Part shown: positions 1 to 12,227 of the stretch, in pieces
Layout of the letters: each line of letters starts with the position of its first letter
Numbering within the stretch: the first letter of the stretch is position 1
DNA from: Hydrolagus affinis
Lineage: Eukaryota
Length of the DNA stretch: 64,000 nt
Direction: 5' to 3'
Assembly (NCBI GenBank): GCA_012026655.1
Contig: JAAILG010001477.1
Span: forward strand, 1 to 64,000
Translations under genes and position numbers: made by a program
Notes under the pieces: model-generated
What the model was told of the DNA's origin: nothing
Database searches by the model: none
The model's input: only the letters and a program-made list of their open reading frames with translations

Positions 1-139
1 ACAGCGCGCCGGCCGCCCCTCCTGTTTACTGTATTTCCGAGGCTCAAAATTTCTTGTACCTGCGTATAAGGCGCACCCCCAACTTTCGAGATCTTCCGAC
101 GTGCAAAAAAGTGCGCCTTATACGCGGAGATATACGGTA
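1..139. mobile_element. Truncated end of a Tc1/mariner-type MITE
   Basis: GC/CpG-rich segment ending ...GCGCCTTATACGCGGAGATATACGG|TA, a mariner-like terminus followed by TA. The other end lies outside the window. Confidence 0.45.
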
Positions 140-192
140 GTTAAGAATCTAAACCTACAATAAACAAACCAAAAGTCTCTCTTTTCTTTCAG

Positions 193-336
193 TAAAACCC
201 TCCTTAATAGAAACAAGTTCTCTGGGCGCTGCCATGGCAGCAGGTGCTGCAGAAGGTATTGATGTCTGGAGTCTACACCCTGACAATCTCGCTGTATTTC
301 GATGGCAGCAGTTTGATCCACAAATCGAGGCAAAAG
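193..336 (+). CDS. GK: Glycerol kinase internal exon (144 nt, phase 1-1)
   Basis: ttctttcag acceptor and AAG|gtcaga donor. Translates [47 protein letters not shown], matching human [34 protein letters not shown]...FEPQINAE. Confidence 0.96.
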
Positions 337-540
337 GTCAGATTCAATGAAATAAGAACATTTTCTTACATTTCTTATTTTCTTAAAGGTGCGATGAATA
401 GAACTGTATTTTGCCTTTGCCATAGACAAAATATTGGCTAATGGAAAGCAAGCTTTTTATCACAAATCTATGAATTACTTTAAGGGACTATTACTTCAGC
501 ATTTTCCCCTTAACAGGAGTGAGGAAGACCATATAATGAC

Positions 541-960
541 ATGGTAATCAATTTGCACGTGCAAGGTCCTCCAAAAAGACATGAAGAAGAGAAACTCCAC
601 AATCTGTTGTCTTCAGTATCCCAAATTTTCTACAATATAATACAGATATCCCTCCCCAACGTGAGGAGGAAGAATTTGAACTCTATCCTCTGTGGGATGG
701 GGAGCCAGTGGAGTTGGGTGAAGATGATTGTGATGGGGTCACAAAGACTGGTGCATGAGAGGACATGAGCTGCAGAGTTCTGGATGATCTGTAGGTTGTG
801 GAGGGAACAGTTGGGGTTGGCATAATCGAGCTTAGGTGGGATTAACCCCTGAATAAGGGGTTTGCCAACCTGAGGGGTGAGGCAATGGCAGGTGGACGAT
901 GATTTGGAGGGGTGATAGAACGGGTCATGGCACAGATGTTGGGGAGAAAACTGTACAAGC
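541..960 (-). mobile_element. Degraded L2 LINE fragment
   Basis: Purine-rich sequence with L2 ORF2 3' motifs (aatttgaactctatcctctgtgggatggggagccagtggag, reverse of LHWLPIPQRIEFK) also seen in other L2 copies in the window. Confidence 0.65.
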
Positions 961-1390
961 TATACATTGATACAGTAAAACTCACCTACCTTTCACCAGT
1001 ATAATCGTTGAAGTCATACATCTGCCCAAGTCCCGCTGAATTTCCTATTACATCCATTTAATTTAGCTGCACTAGTCATATTAACAATCGCGCAATTCGT
1101 AACGCTGCTACCACATTTATATGAACATCGTATGTACAGCAGCTGAGGGGGTGGGAGAGTTTGGATGGCTGAAAGAGGAAAGCATCATGTGGTGAGCGAG
1201 GGTGAGGAAAGGAGAGATAAAGGGACAAAATACTGCATGTGCACTTGAAGCATAATACATAGTACTACAAGTGATACAATCGTGGGAACACTCCACATGA
1301 TTCCTCACCCCTCCCAACCCATCATGCATATTTTCTGTTTGCAATGCCGAAGGATTGCATGCGCAGTGCATAACAGTAAACAAGTATGGA

Positions 1391-2310
1391 AAACAACAAC
1401 AAAATTACATTTGTACAGCGCCTTTCACGTGTCAAGATGCTGGACAATCAGTATTTCGACATGTGGGTAGGGATTGGGGAGGGTGGAGGGCAGAGGGAGG
1501 AAGGAGGGTGATCGAATGAATGATTGAAGAGAAGGGTCTTGAGAGGGATCTTGAAGTAGGCAAGGGAGGTGGAAAGACAGAGGCAATCGAGATAGAATTC
1601 CGGAGAGTTGGGACAGTGTGACCGAAGGCCCGCCTGCCGTTGATAGGGCTAACAAGTCAAGGGACATAAAGCAGGCTGTAGCCCACAGAGTGGAGAGAGC
1701 GGGCAGGTTGGTAAGGAATTAGGAGGTCACTAAGGTACTGGGGAGTGAGGCCATGGAGGACTTTAAAATGAGAGCCAGGATCTTCAACTGTATCCTCTGT
1801 GTAATGGGAACCCTGGATGTTATGAATGTGTGTATGAGGGTCTCAGCAGCCTACGGTGTGAGACAGTGGCAGAGCCAGGCGATATTGTGGAGGTAGGAAA
1901 AGGCAGAGCTGGTCATGGCATGGATGTGGGGTACAAAGGTTAGTTGAGTGCCAAACAAGTCGCCAAAGTTCTGGACTGGCTTAGTGAGGTGGAATGTGAA
2001 CCCATCGATGGTGATGCTTTCAGTACCTGAGATGTTGAAGTGCTGATGGGAGCCAATCAGAAGGACCTTGTCTTGTTGATGTTCAACCTAGAAAGTTAGC
2101 TCTCATCCAGAATTTGATATCTGACAAACATTGTGTCAGGACAGCAGTGATCCTGGAGTTGACGGTAGAGACAGAGATATGGAGAGGAGGGAACCAAGGA
2201 CAGAGCCTTGAGGAACTCCGCACAAGACGGTACTGGAACAAGAGGAGAAATTGTTTGTGGAGATGAAGTGGAGACAACAATAAATTACATTTGTATAGCG
2301 CCTTTCATGT
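1391..2310 (-). mobile_element. L2 LINE 3' fragment with (caa)n tail, plus a second short tail
   Basis: Starts aacaacaacaaaattacatttgtacagcgcctttcacg (reverse of the L2 3' tail), followed by a degraded RT C-terminal region. Another tail at about 2275-2310. Confidence 0.8.
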
Positions 2311-2514
2311 AAGGAAAAGCAGGTTTTGATAAGCTATCATAGCATCAGGAAAAGCAGTTCACCCAACTAAATGCAAATTAGTGGCAATGACATCAGAAGA
2401 ACTGGATTCTCCAATATTGAAAGGGAAATACTGAAATGAAGAAGAAGGACATTGCCTCCAAATTTGAAGCCACAGACTTTGAATGATTAACTTGTGGTAC
2501 TTTGCAGCTCTATA

Positions 2515-3283
2515 CAGCAAAAGCCCATTTATATGGCACCCTCGGGACCTGGTAAATGCCAGTTAAACCACGTGCCGGATATTCGGGTGGTCAGCTGCTG
2601 AAAACCCAATACACAAAAAAATTATTTAAAAAAAAGTAATTAAATTTTTTTAGACATACCATATTAATAATAGACTAAATAATTATAGAATATTGTATGG
2701 ATACTTACCAATAAAGCAATAAATATCGATTACAGTCTATAAACACAGAACACAATCAAAGAGGTACTCTCATTTTTTTCTTTCTTTCACACACACACAG
2801 TCAATCTGGCATCTCAATGGCTCCAAACCCAACCCCCCTCCACTCCTCATTTTCCATCTAAATTAATAAACTCTCTCTCCCCCACCTCTCTCTCCCCCTC
2901 CCACTCCTCTCTGTTTCTCCCCCCCGTCTTTCCCTCTCTCTCCCCCACACCCTGTCTCTCGCCCCCCCCCCTCCTCTTTTCCTATCTTTCTCCCCGCCCC
3001 CCCACCCTTCTTTCCCTCTCTCTCTCTCTCTCTGCCTCTCTCAAACCCAGAAATGCACTACAACAACATTCAGAGGTAATCGTACTGTACTCCGTGAGGG
3101 AAAAAAAATGGCAGCGCCACCTTCAGGCACTTGTAGCAGCTTACCAAAATACTGATGCGAGGGGAAAAAATGCAATTTTGCCGGATAAGATATGGTTAAT
3201 CGAATGGGGACCTTTTTTTTTGGAGGTGCCGGTTATACGGCAGTTATGGTTGATCAGGTTCACGGATAAACGGGCTTTTACTG
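2515..3283. mobile_element. Tigger/pogo-family MITE
   Basis: TA|CAGCAAAAGCCCATTTAT ... ATAAACGGGCTTTTACTG|CA terminal inverted repeats. Same family at 40192, 52243, 53342 and 62566. Contains a CT-rich tract at about 2870-3040. Confidence 0.85.
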
Positions 3284-3761
3284 CATATAGAAAGATTGGG
3301 ATACCAAATACAGTATATGGATTAAACATGATAAGGAAACCTTAATTTAAACTCACCAGCCAGGTTATTTCTTGTGTATTGGTTATGTGTTGGTCATATA
3401 AAATCCAATTTATACATAACTTTACATAAGTCATATCTGATCCAACACACGTTTTACACAACTCATACTTTGCTTAAGTCGTATTAAATGTATGCTCCAA
3501 ATTGATGAGACTTGTGTGAGGTTTACTTTCACAACTCCCATTTACATATCTATAAGGATGCCTCTTGAGACCTCTTGGAATCAACTCAATTCATTTTGGT
3601 AATAAATACCAGCATTGGTTCATGTTGTGAATGCAGATCTATCAGAAATCAAATGCACTGATGGGATCCACGAGATTTGGAGATTTTGAAGAATTGTTTT
3701 TTAATCAAGCATTGTTTTTCAGAATTAATGTTTTGATGTTTAGAATTTGTTTAATTTTCAG

Positions 3762-3836
3762 ACAGTAACAAACGTTATGCCTGGTGGAAAAAAGCTGTGC
3801 AAAGATCAATGAACTGGGAAACTGTTGATGGTCTGG
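3762..3836 (+). CDS. GK: Glycerol kinase internal exon (75 nt, phase 1-1)
   Basis: ttttcag acceptor and TGG|gtaaga donor. Translates (D)SNKRYAWWKKAVQRSMNWETVDGL, compared with human [22 protein letters not shown]. Confidence 0.94.
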
Positions 3837-4059
3837 GTAAGAATTTGTTAGTTACGTTGTATTATTGGTGTTGCTAAAAATAGATTTTAGATGATTCAAT
3901 ATAGATTCACTTTAATCCCAAATCTTAATTTTTGCATTTTGTGCACTTCCCTTCACATCAGGAGTGTGTCCTAAAGAAATTCACAGGATATATTAAAATG
4001 TAGAATTCCTTGGGATTTCCTCCTGATGTGGATGGTGCTATATATATGTAAATTTGTAT

Positions 4060-4240
4060 TGTGTTGGAGTGACTGTTTTTGTAGGAAAACATGACATCTA
4101 ATTTGCATACAGCAATGTCCCACAAATGGCCATGGAATGAGTGACTAATTTTATTTGTGGCATTGTTGGTCAGGACTCCAGGAGAAACTACCTTCTATTT
4201 TTGAATCATGCCATGGGATCTTTAACATCAATCTGAATAG
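4060..4240 (-). mobile_element. Old Deu-domain-type SINE fragment
   Basis: Reverse complement contains gatcccatggcatgattc...tttctcctggagtcctgaccaac...tgtgggacattgctgtatgcaaatt, resembling Deu-SINE core and tail motifs (from memory). Confidence 0.55.
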
Positions 4241-4394
4241 GCTCTATAGAAAACAGAAGCAAAATTGTAAAAAAAAAAGCATATTTGACATGATAGCACT
4301 TGTTAGCACTTAAAATTTATTTTTTATTTATATCTTCAAATGTAATTAATCATAAAATTAAAAGTAATTAATCAGATTAAAAGTAATTAATCAG

Positions 4395-4980
4395 ACATTT
4401 TAAATCAGAAAATCGGGATGCAGAGTCAGTTTGGGTAGAAGTACGAAATAACAAGGGGAGAAAACACGAGTGGGAGTAGTGTATAGACCCCCGAACAGCA
4501 ATCACAGTATTGCGCAGGATATTAATCAAGAAATTAGTGGGAGCATGTAGCAAAATCACAGTGGGTGATTTCAATCTTCATATAGATTAGGAAAACTAAA
4601 TCAGCAAAAGTAGGTTAGAGGAGGAGTTCATAGAATGCATTAGAGATAGTTTTCTAGATCAGCATGCCAAAGAACCAACTTGCGATCCTTGACCTTGTGG
4701 GCTAATCAGCAATATGGATGTTAAGGCTCCTCTAGGGCAAAGTAACCATAACATGATGGAATTTAGCATTAAATTAGTCAATAAGATGTGAAGCACTATA
4801 TCAGCTGCAAGGATTATTATTATATTCAAGACTGAGATTGATAGATTTCTAATGGATAGAGGGATTAAGGGATGGGGATAAGGCTGGCAGATGGAGATAG
4901 ATTAGATAGATCAGCCGTGATCTTATTGAATGGCGGGAGAGGCTCGAGAGGCCCAATGCTCCTAATTCCTATGTTCCTAT
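4395..4980 (+). mobile_element. Internally deleted CR1 LINE (endonuclease piece plus 3' end)
   Basis: Encodes SVWVEVRNNKG...GVVYRPPNS...VGDFNL with frameshifts, joined to a CR1 3' end with a cctatgttcctat tail. Confidence 0.85.
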
Positions 4981-5940
4981 CAGGATTTGTCAGACTGAAA
5001 ATTTCCAATACAATTGGGACTACAATTTCAACTTTTTGCAGAAACAGAATATTTTATTGGCTTGCCCTCTTCCATGTAATTTCACTCAAGGCTAAACCGC
5101 ACTTTCAGTCATCTTTCCCCTCCACACCGCCATGACTCCCAACTCTAGTTCGCATGTCAAGCCATTATTGTTAAGCATCTCGGGCCATTCACCAACAAGA
5201 AAGGTGTTATATCAATGTATATTTCTATTATAATATTTGTCAACTTCTCTGCTTAGCCATATATCAATAAGTGAAGGTAAGAAAATCAAATTCCCGATAT
5301 ACTAATACTGTATACTATAAGATATTCTTTATCAAATCCTATTTTGTTTCGATGAGTGCTAACTGCAAGGAATGTTATGAACCATGATGCGTTGAAGTTG
5401 AAATAAAGATGATTAGCTTCATTTTGGGTGAAGGTCATGTTTGTAAGCAAGTTCAGTAAATTAAATTTGGAAATAACTGGCCATATGATTGATGATTTAC
5501 CAAATTAACTAAATTACAAGTTTATATTGGTGTCCCTGTTTGAAACTGGTTCTCAAGCTGCCCAGGTGGATTGGTGGCAGATCTCAATTGTGGCATTAGA
5601 GGTGCAACTGCGACAATTCTCACTCCTTGATATATGTGCAAATATTATTAGCGCCTTTGTACTAAGTGGCCTCTACTTCTCTACTAGCCTTGTTGTTGTG
5701 AGTCCCTATTTCAAGGGTAACCCAACCAAGTCAGATTCAGACATAGATTTATTCCCAGGAGGCCTTCTGGGATAGGCCTTGCATTTCCCTTTAATAATAT
5801 TATAAAATATTATTTACACATTACAAAAAAAAACAGGGTATAGGATAACTGACACAACAATCAGCTAAGGTATCACTGGGCTGGAGAGGGAAAAAAATAT
5901 TCTTTTAAAACAAAAATAGATGCCTGAAAAATGTATTAGT

Positions 5941-6052
5941 GGAGTCCTGTAGCTCTGTGGTTAGAGCATACACCTTGCAAGCGAGAGACCTGGGTTCGAT
6001 TCCAGTTAGGGTGAAACACTGTTTCCTTACTCCACACGCCTGATAATAACTG
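5941..6052 (+). mobile_element. tRNA-derived SINE, 5' part
   Basis: ggagtcctgtagctctgtggttagagc...ggttcgattcc A/B boxes, then the family core gtttccttactccacacgcctgataata. Followed by a CR1 3' tail fragment (about 6055-6188). Confidence 0.85.
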
Positions 6053-7364
6053 TTATTTGGGGAGGACAAGTTTGCAAGGCTATGGGAAGAGAGTGGGGGT
6101 GTGGGATTGATTCAGACAACTCTTTCTAAAGAGCCACACAGACATGATGGGCCAAATGGCCTCCTTCATGCTGTATAAATCTATGATAGCAGTGTTAACA
6201 GATTGCCCAATTTCTTTCAACTGAATTGTCATTCTTGTGGAAAACCCTAAAAAGGAAAAAAAAATTAATAAATATATCTTGTGTTTTTGAAATGTATATT
6301 TCTATATTGTACGTTTCTATATTTCTAATATTGTACATGAAAAAAGTTGAAAATCATCCAAACCCCTCCCCACTCCCCTGCATCTTGGGAAATCCTTCCA
6401 ATGTGAAAGGTGCTATATAAATGTAATTTGTTGTTGTTATATCCATGTACACAATAGGAATAGAATCAATTGACAATTAACTGCAGTTTTTTTTAAATCT
6501 GCAGCATAACATTGCCGAACGTACCTTGTGATCTGTTCTCAAGAACATGGAGTACAGTTACAAATAGATAGCTGCTTTGGCAAAAATTGGCTTCAAGCTA
6601 AATAAAATAAAATAAAATAAAATATTGGAGTGCTGTCTAGACTTGTCATGTAAGTTTTGTAAATTACTAAATTTTTATAATAGATTTTCTTAAAGATATT
6701 TGGACAGTGAAGTTGATTTTATGTATTAAATACTGAAGTAATTGAAATCTTGATTTGGGGTCTGCTTAATCCTGAATTCTATCAGGTTTTTGTAAATTTT
6801 TTACCCCATTTTGGGTCTGAAGCATTGACTGTCTAGCGTCTTGGGATTCCCGACATGAAAAGCACTATATAAATGTAATTTTGTTGTTGTTGATTCCTTT
6901 ATAGACAAACTGAATTAAACTCTAGGAGCCCAGATTTTAATTTCATAAACTGGGATGCAATGTAAATGCTCTCTCATGAAGCAGGTGGGCAGTAACATTC
7001 ACTGGACTACCCAGCTCTTCCCGATACAATAATGAGTTTTATTTAAAACAAAATTCCGCATTTTCAACCTTTTTTTTATTTCTATAGGTTTCTTTTTACT
7101 GTTCCTTGTGATTTCTCCTCAAGATTTCTTTCAATGTACTGAGTGACCATTGTTTCCATATAGTTCATCCAGCTCACTAGGTGGGCACAATCACTGTGTA
7201 ACAAACAATCTTCAAGGCATATTGGATTTGTTCAACAACTTGTAAAAAATATTTAACTAGCAGTGATTACAAGTTTTAATTGAAAGAAATTCTTCACTGC
7301 CAAATATCTTTTGCCAGCAAATGTTTGAAACGTGGGATGTGTTAGGTGTTGACCAACTGATAAT

Positions 7365-7505
7365 GTGAAATAAAAACAAAAGTTGCTGGGAACACGCAAC
7401 AGGTCAGGGAATGACTATGTGGGAGGAAAGTGAGTTAACGTTTCAGGTCAGTGACCTTTCGTCAGAAATGTCAGATTTCCAACTTCTGTAGTAATTTGGC
7501 TTTTG
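7365..7505. mobile_element. Penelope-like terminal repeat fragment with minimal hammerhead motif
   Basis: aaaaacaaaagttgctgggaacacgcaacaggtcagg...gagttaacgtttcaggtcagtgacctttcgtcaga. The minus strand reads CTGACGA-A-AGGTC-act-GACCT-GAAACGTT. Confidence 0.65.
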
Positions 7506-7865
7506 CTAGTTGATAATGTGCTTGGTTGGTCGACCTCTACCCCCATTCCATCACAATGGTTATGATGAAATATTGAATTTGTGGCTTGTTACATTTTTGG
7601 TTCATTGACAACTTTTTTGTTGTTGAGTTATGCATTTTTGCGGTCTTAAAGTGGCTGCATATGGTTTTCAACTTTGTTGGGCTTTGAGCCCAACAGTTGT
7701 GATGGAGTCAGAGGTGAGGGAGTAGCCAAACAAAGCATTTTTACTGACTTTTTCAATTGTGTTTATCGATTACTTGGTGGTTATCACCAATTTTGGATTA
7801 GAACTTCCAAAGAGTAATCTGAAAGAAATCTAGTTGTGTTAGTTAACTTATTGCGCACCTGTTGT

Positions 7866-8186
7866 GGACTTTTGTAGCTCAGTGGTTATAGCACTCACCT
7901 TGCAAGCAAGAGCACTCACCTTGCAAGCAGGAGACCTGGTTTCGAATCCAGGCAGGGCCTTAGGCAAGTTTCCTTACTCCACACGCCTGATAATAATCCC
8001 GCGAGAAAAAAAACAATAAATTGGTCATTTCAATCCACGACTGTTTGTGGACACTGCTGTACGCAATTGGCTGCCACGTTTTGCCCACAAATAAATAAGT
8101 CAATTCATTTTACAATATATTCTGTGAAGTGCTTTGAGACTCTAGAAGATGTGAAAAGCAGTATCCCAAATGCAAGGATTATTATT
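7866..8186 (+). mobile_element. Full-length tRNA(Ala-like)-headed SINE with L2-like tail
   Basis: A box tagctcagtgg, cttgcaa loop, B box ggtttcgaatcc, core, and tail tgcaaggattattatt. Internal 21-bp duplication at 7890-7931. Confidence 0.92.
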
Positions 8187-9239
8187 CATTGTTGAAAAGA
8201 GATGTCTCAGAACTAACTGTTTAGAGGTATGTAACATTTTTAATTGTATTGTAAATACAGAACAATACTTTAGGATGCACCGAAACAGTAGTAGAAGAAA
8301 AAAAAAGTTTGCAAACCTCAACATTGTAGGCCAGAAACCAGGGAGTATTTCTTTGTCACAATTACAACAGGTTAATTACTGACTGGAACAGGTTATTAGT
8401 AGGCTGATTGAGACTGGAACACTGGACTCATTTAAAAGTTAACTTGATGGTGTGAACGGAGAATAATACAAAAGAAAGAGATGAAGTAGGCAGAGCTTTT
8501 ATAATCCAAACCAATCTTGTGATCATTAGCACGTTATGTGTCACATTTTCACCTTTAACACTTGTATGTAATTGCGTTTTAGCACTTAAATGCCATTGAC
8601 CCCAATAATTCATCTATAAATAGTATATTTAGAAGGCACTGCAAAATAAAATTGTTTTCTTTGACTTATGGTTTGATCTATTTTTATTATGTGTTAAAAC
8701 GAAATTTGGTTTCATTTGACCTCTTCAATGGAGTATACCTTAGGGAATGCTGACATAAGTATATTGACTGTAAAATTCAGATGTAAATGTAGCAATAGAA
8801 GAAATAGCATTCTTCTCAAGATATTCTCTTGACAACACTGGGTTTGGGTATTGACTGACAAGTTTTTGAAGGGAAACAATCAGAAGGTAATTTAAGTCAA
8901 TGTGAGAAGAGAATTGACATTACAGTGTGTTTATAAATACCACCAAACCTCTGCAGCAGCTTGTTGCTCACTGCTGGGTAAATATTCACAGAAATATTTC
9001 TGCTGCCTCATTTATTTTCATTTGTTTTCCTGAGTGTTTGAAATCATTGTTGTTATTGTTTTACAGTTACTTGTTTCATGCTACATTTACAATTCATATT
9101 TATTGGTGAATTTGTGTAATTTGGAGGAATCTCACCAAAAGTGCAATTGAAATTGAGGAAATGCAGATCTTACTGAATTGCACTTCTGGTATTATTTATA
9201 GGCTGGGCCAATCGAAATTTGCGGCCACAATTTTCCATG

Positions 9240-9400
9240 CATTACAAACACCCCCCTCTACTACAAACAACACCCTCCTCTTCAAACACTACCATCCTCT
9301 ATAAACATTTCCCTCCACTACAAACACTGCCGTCGACAACAAACACCCCCGTTCACTACAAACACCCCACTCCACTACAAACACCCCCCTCCACTACAAA
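9240..9400. repeat. About 21-bp minisatellite (ctacaaacacccccctcca-like)
   Basis: About 7 degenerate tandem units containing acaaacac. Confidence 0.8.
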
Positions 9401-9619
9401 CAGCACTCTCTGGAGAGAAACACCGCCCTCCGCTACATTTTGAGTGTGTCTCTTTGTCTGTGAGTGTGCGTCTTTTTGCGAGTGTGTATCGCTTTGTGAG
9501 TGTGCATCTTTGTGAGTATGTGTCTCCTCCCGATGTAAAAGGCTATAAAAATGTAATTTTGTTGTTTTATCTGTGAGTGTGTATCTCTTTGTGTCTGTAA
9601 TTGTGTATGTCTCTCTGTC

Positions 9620-9936
9620 TGTCTCTCCCTCCACTCAGCGGGCTCCGTCCTGCTCCATGTTCTCCGACCCACCCGCCACACCATTAGCAGACGAGCCATC
9701 AGCCACTCTACCCCCAACCTTTGGAATTCCATCCTGCAATGCCTCTGTCTCGCCCTCTCCCTAGCCGTCTTCAAATCCTGCCTCAACACCCTCCTCTTCT
9801 ACCGTGCCATCTGTCACCCTTTCCCTTCCTTACTTCCACCTTCCCTGATCCAGACCCCAGCTCAGGTCTGAAGCACTGATTGTCCAGCATCTTGAGACGT
9901 GAAAGACACTATACAAATGTAATTTTGTTGTTGTTG
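9620..9936 (+). mobile_element. L2 LINE 3' end embedded in TG/TC low-complexity sequence (9440-10190)
   Basis: ctttggaattccatcc...tcttcaaatcctgcctcaacaccctcctctt...aaatgtaattttgttgttgttg tail. Confidence 0.85.
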
Positions 9937-11064
9937 AGTGTGTGTTTCTCTGAATATATGTCTCTGTGTCTGCATGTGTTTCTCTATGTCTGTGATTGTG
10001 TCTCTATCTGAGTGTTTCTTTTTCTGTGTGTGTGTGTGTGTGTGTGTCCTCTCTGTCTGTGAGTGAATGTCTGTGAGTGTCTCTCTCCCTCTGTGTCTGT
10101 GAATGTGTCTCTAGTATGTCTCTCTCCCTCTGTGAATGTGTCTCCAGTGTCCCTCTCTCTGTCAGTGAGTGTCTCCCTCCCTCTGTGTATGTGTGCGGTG
10201 ACGGCAGAGAGGCAGAAGATGGTAACCTCCTGGCGCCCTGCAGTCACACTGGTATTTATTGCTTCCCCCTCCCCCGAATGGTCCACCCAGTTTTTGTAAA
10301 GGAAAGCATAATTTTTTTTGCAACCATCTAACATGCGTTGTTTATTCATGTTTAGTTGAAAAAACATAGGTTGTTAGTGAAATGTACCTCTCAATAACAC
10401 CAGTCAACTTCCTGCAATTTTCTGCAAAATTTTCTTGAAATATTCCACAACTTTTGCCGAATTGCCAGCAATATTTGGCAAATATTTCCACAATTTTCTA
10501 TTGGCCATGCATATCAATGCTTCACATCATTTATACAGGTCATTTGATTAGCACGGCATCATCATAACATCTTAAAGGGGGTTAAAATAGCTTTTATATC
10601 ACATGAACTTGGTTCCAATCTGAGATCACTTCAGAACTGACGACTTGTGAGTCAGCATGGCGTAAATGGATTCCTTTGAGGAAATGCAGTCCATCACCTG
10701 AACCTGTTTTCTCCAGGGTGGGATTATCATTTGTACTGCCATTAACCAGAAGATTCAATTATTCAACCTATTTTTCCTGGTAAGCTTACAACTAGAACCC
10801 TGAACTTTGGAATGGGTGGCAGATGCTTGTGTTCTACGAATAGGAAAAAAACACACAGAGAATCTTAACCAGAAACAACTACAATCAATGAACTTTTTGC
10901 AGTATACTTTAATATGTAGACATACCTACATTGGTTGCATTCATTGTTGTTTGAAACAATTGCATCCTTGTTGCTGATTTTTCTTTGCAGTACAGATGTT
11001 TAATAATTAATTTCAATTCTATTTTCTTTCATTTGTTTATATGGAACCCATTTGATGACATCAG

Positions 11065-11151
11065 CAGACTCTCGTATGTTCACTTACATGCCAATGGGCT
11101 TTTTTTTACTGGGTAGCATGTGTATGTTAATCGGAGCAAAATACCTCACAG
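11065..11151 (+). CDS. GK: Glycerol kinase 87-nt hydrophobic-tail cassette exon
   Basis: CAGCAG tandem acceptor and CAG|gtcagt donor. Translates (A)DSRMFTYMPMGFFLLGSMCMLIGAKYLT, compared with human [29 protein letters not shown]. Confidence 0.95.
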
Positions 11152-11464
11152 GTCAGTTACCATTTATGCATTATAAATTCTAACTGAGCTTGCCTTGCTA
11201 CAATTGCTACTTTCTTGCCTGCATTCAGTTGAGCATTTTCTTGGAATATTAACTTTCACTTTATGTTTCTTGTCAGCAGGTGTCTAACATATGCAGAAAT
11301 CAATTACCAGGATTAGGAATAGTCAGAGTTATATGCAATCCACCAATACGCAGAAATTCCTGTGTTTGGATTGGAAAAGTGCACTCTCTTTCCGGAGGGC
11401 CACATCCTACTTACCTAATATTCGGTGCAAGTTGGTATCTAACCAACTAAAACCACATAATAAG

Positions 11465-11730
11465 AATAATAATCTTGCATTTGATATTTCGCTTTTCACG
11501 TCTGCTAGACATCTCAAAGCACTTCATGGAATACAGTGTAAAGTGAATTGACTGTATATTTTTGGGCGGAACACGGCTGCCAATTGCACACAGCAGTGTC
11601 CCACAAACAGTCATGGATAGAAATTACCAATTTTTTATTGTTTTTCAAGGGATTATTATCAGATTTGTAGAGTAAGGGATCTTGCCCAAGGTTTTGCCCT
11701 GTCTGGAATTGAACCCACGTTTCTCGCTTG
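11465..11730 (-). mobile_element. tRNA-derived SINE, head partly lost
   Basis: Reverse complement of the family: aataataatcttgcatttgat...cttgcccaaggttttgccctgtctggaattgaaccc. Confidence 0.9.
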
Positions 11731-11912
11731 ACTACACATAACTTGCCATTGAAAGCAGTGTCTGAAACGCTTCCTGCCATTTGACCAATTAGGACCACTC
11801 TACCCCTTAGAGCTTTGGCTTGGATAGTTAACAGTTTGCAGAGCGGGGAAGAGTCCTTGTCACCAGTGACGCATCTGCCTGGCTCAGAAACCGAACTCCA
11901 GAAACTGCATTA

Positions 11913-12227
11913 GGAGCCCTATAGATCAGTGGTCAGAGCATTCGCCTTTACAAGTGTGAGACCTGTGTTTTGCATCCAGGCAGGTCAGGGCGAAACCTTG
12001 GGCAAATTTGCTTACGACATACGCCAAATAATACTCTGTCCAAAAAAAAACTATAATAACTTGGTCATTTCAGTCCACAACTGTTTGTGGGACACTGCTG
12101 TGCGCAATTGGCTGCCGCACTTTGCTCACAAATATACAGTCAATTCACTTTACAGTATATTCTGTGAAGTGCTTTGAGATGTCTAGAAGATGTAAAAAGC
12201 GCTATATCAAATGCAAGGATTATTATT
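11913..12227 (+). mobile_element. Full-length tRNA-derived SINE
   Basis: ggagccctatagatcagtggtcagagc head, ggcgaaaccttgggcaa core, gcaaggattattatt tail. Confidence 0.92.

Noticed and set aside
5941-6010. tRNA-Ala(TGC)-like sequences (also 7866, 11913, 24903, 29091, 53323)
   Set aside because: Each continues into the same SINE core and tail and lacks a proper acceptor stem, so they are SINE heads and not tRNA genes.
9219-10367. Several overlapping ORFs of 63-127 aa
   Set aside because: They arise from a minisatellite, TG/TC low-complexity sequence and an L2 tail, with no splice or protein-family evidence.
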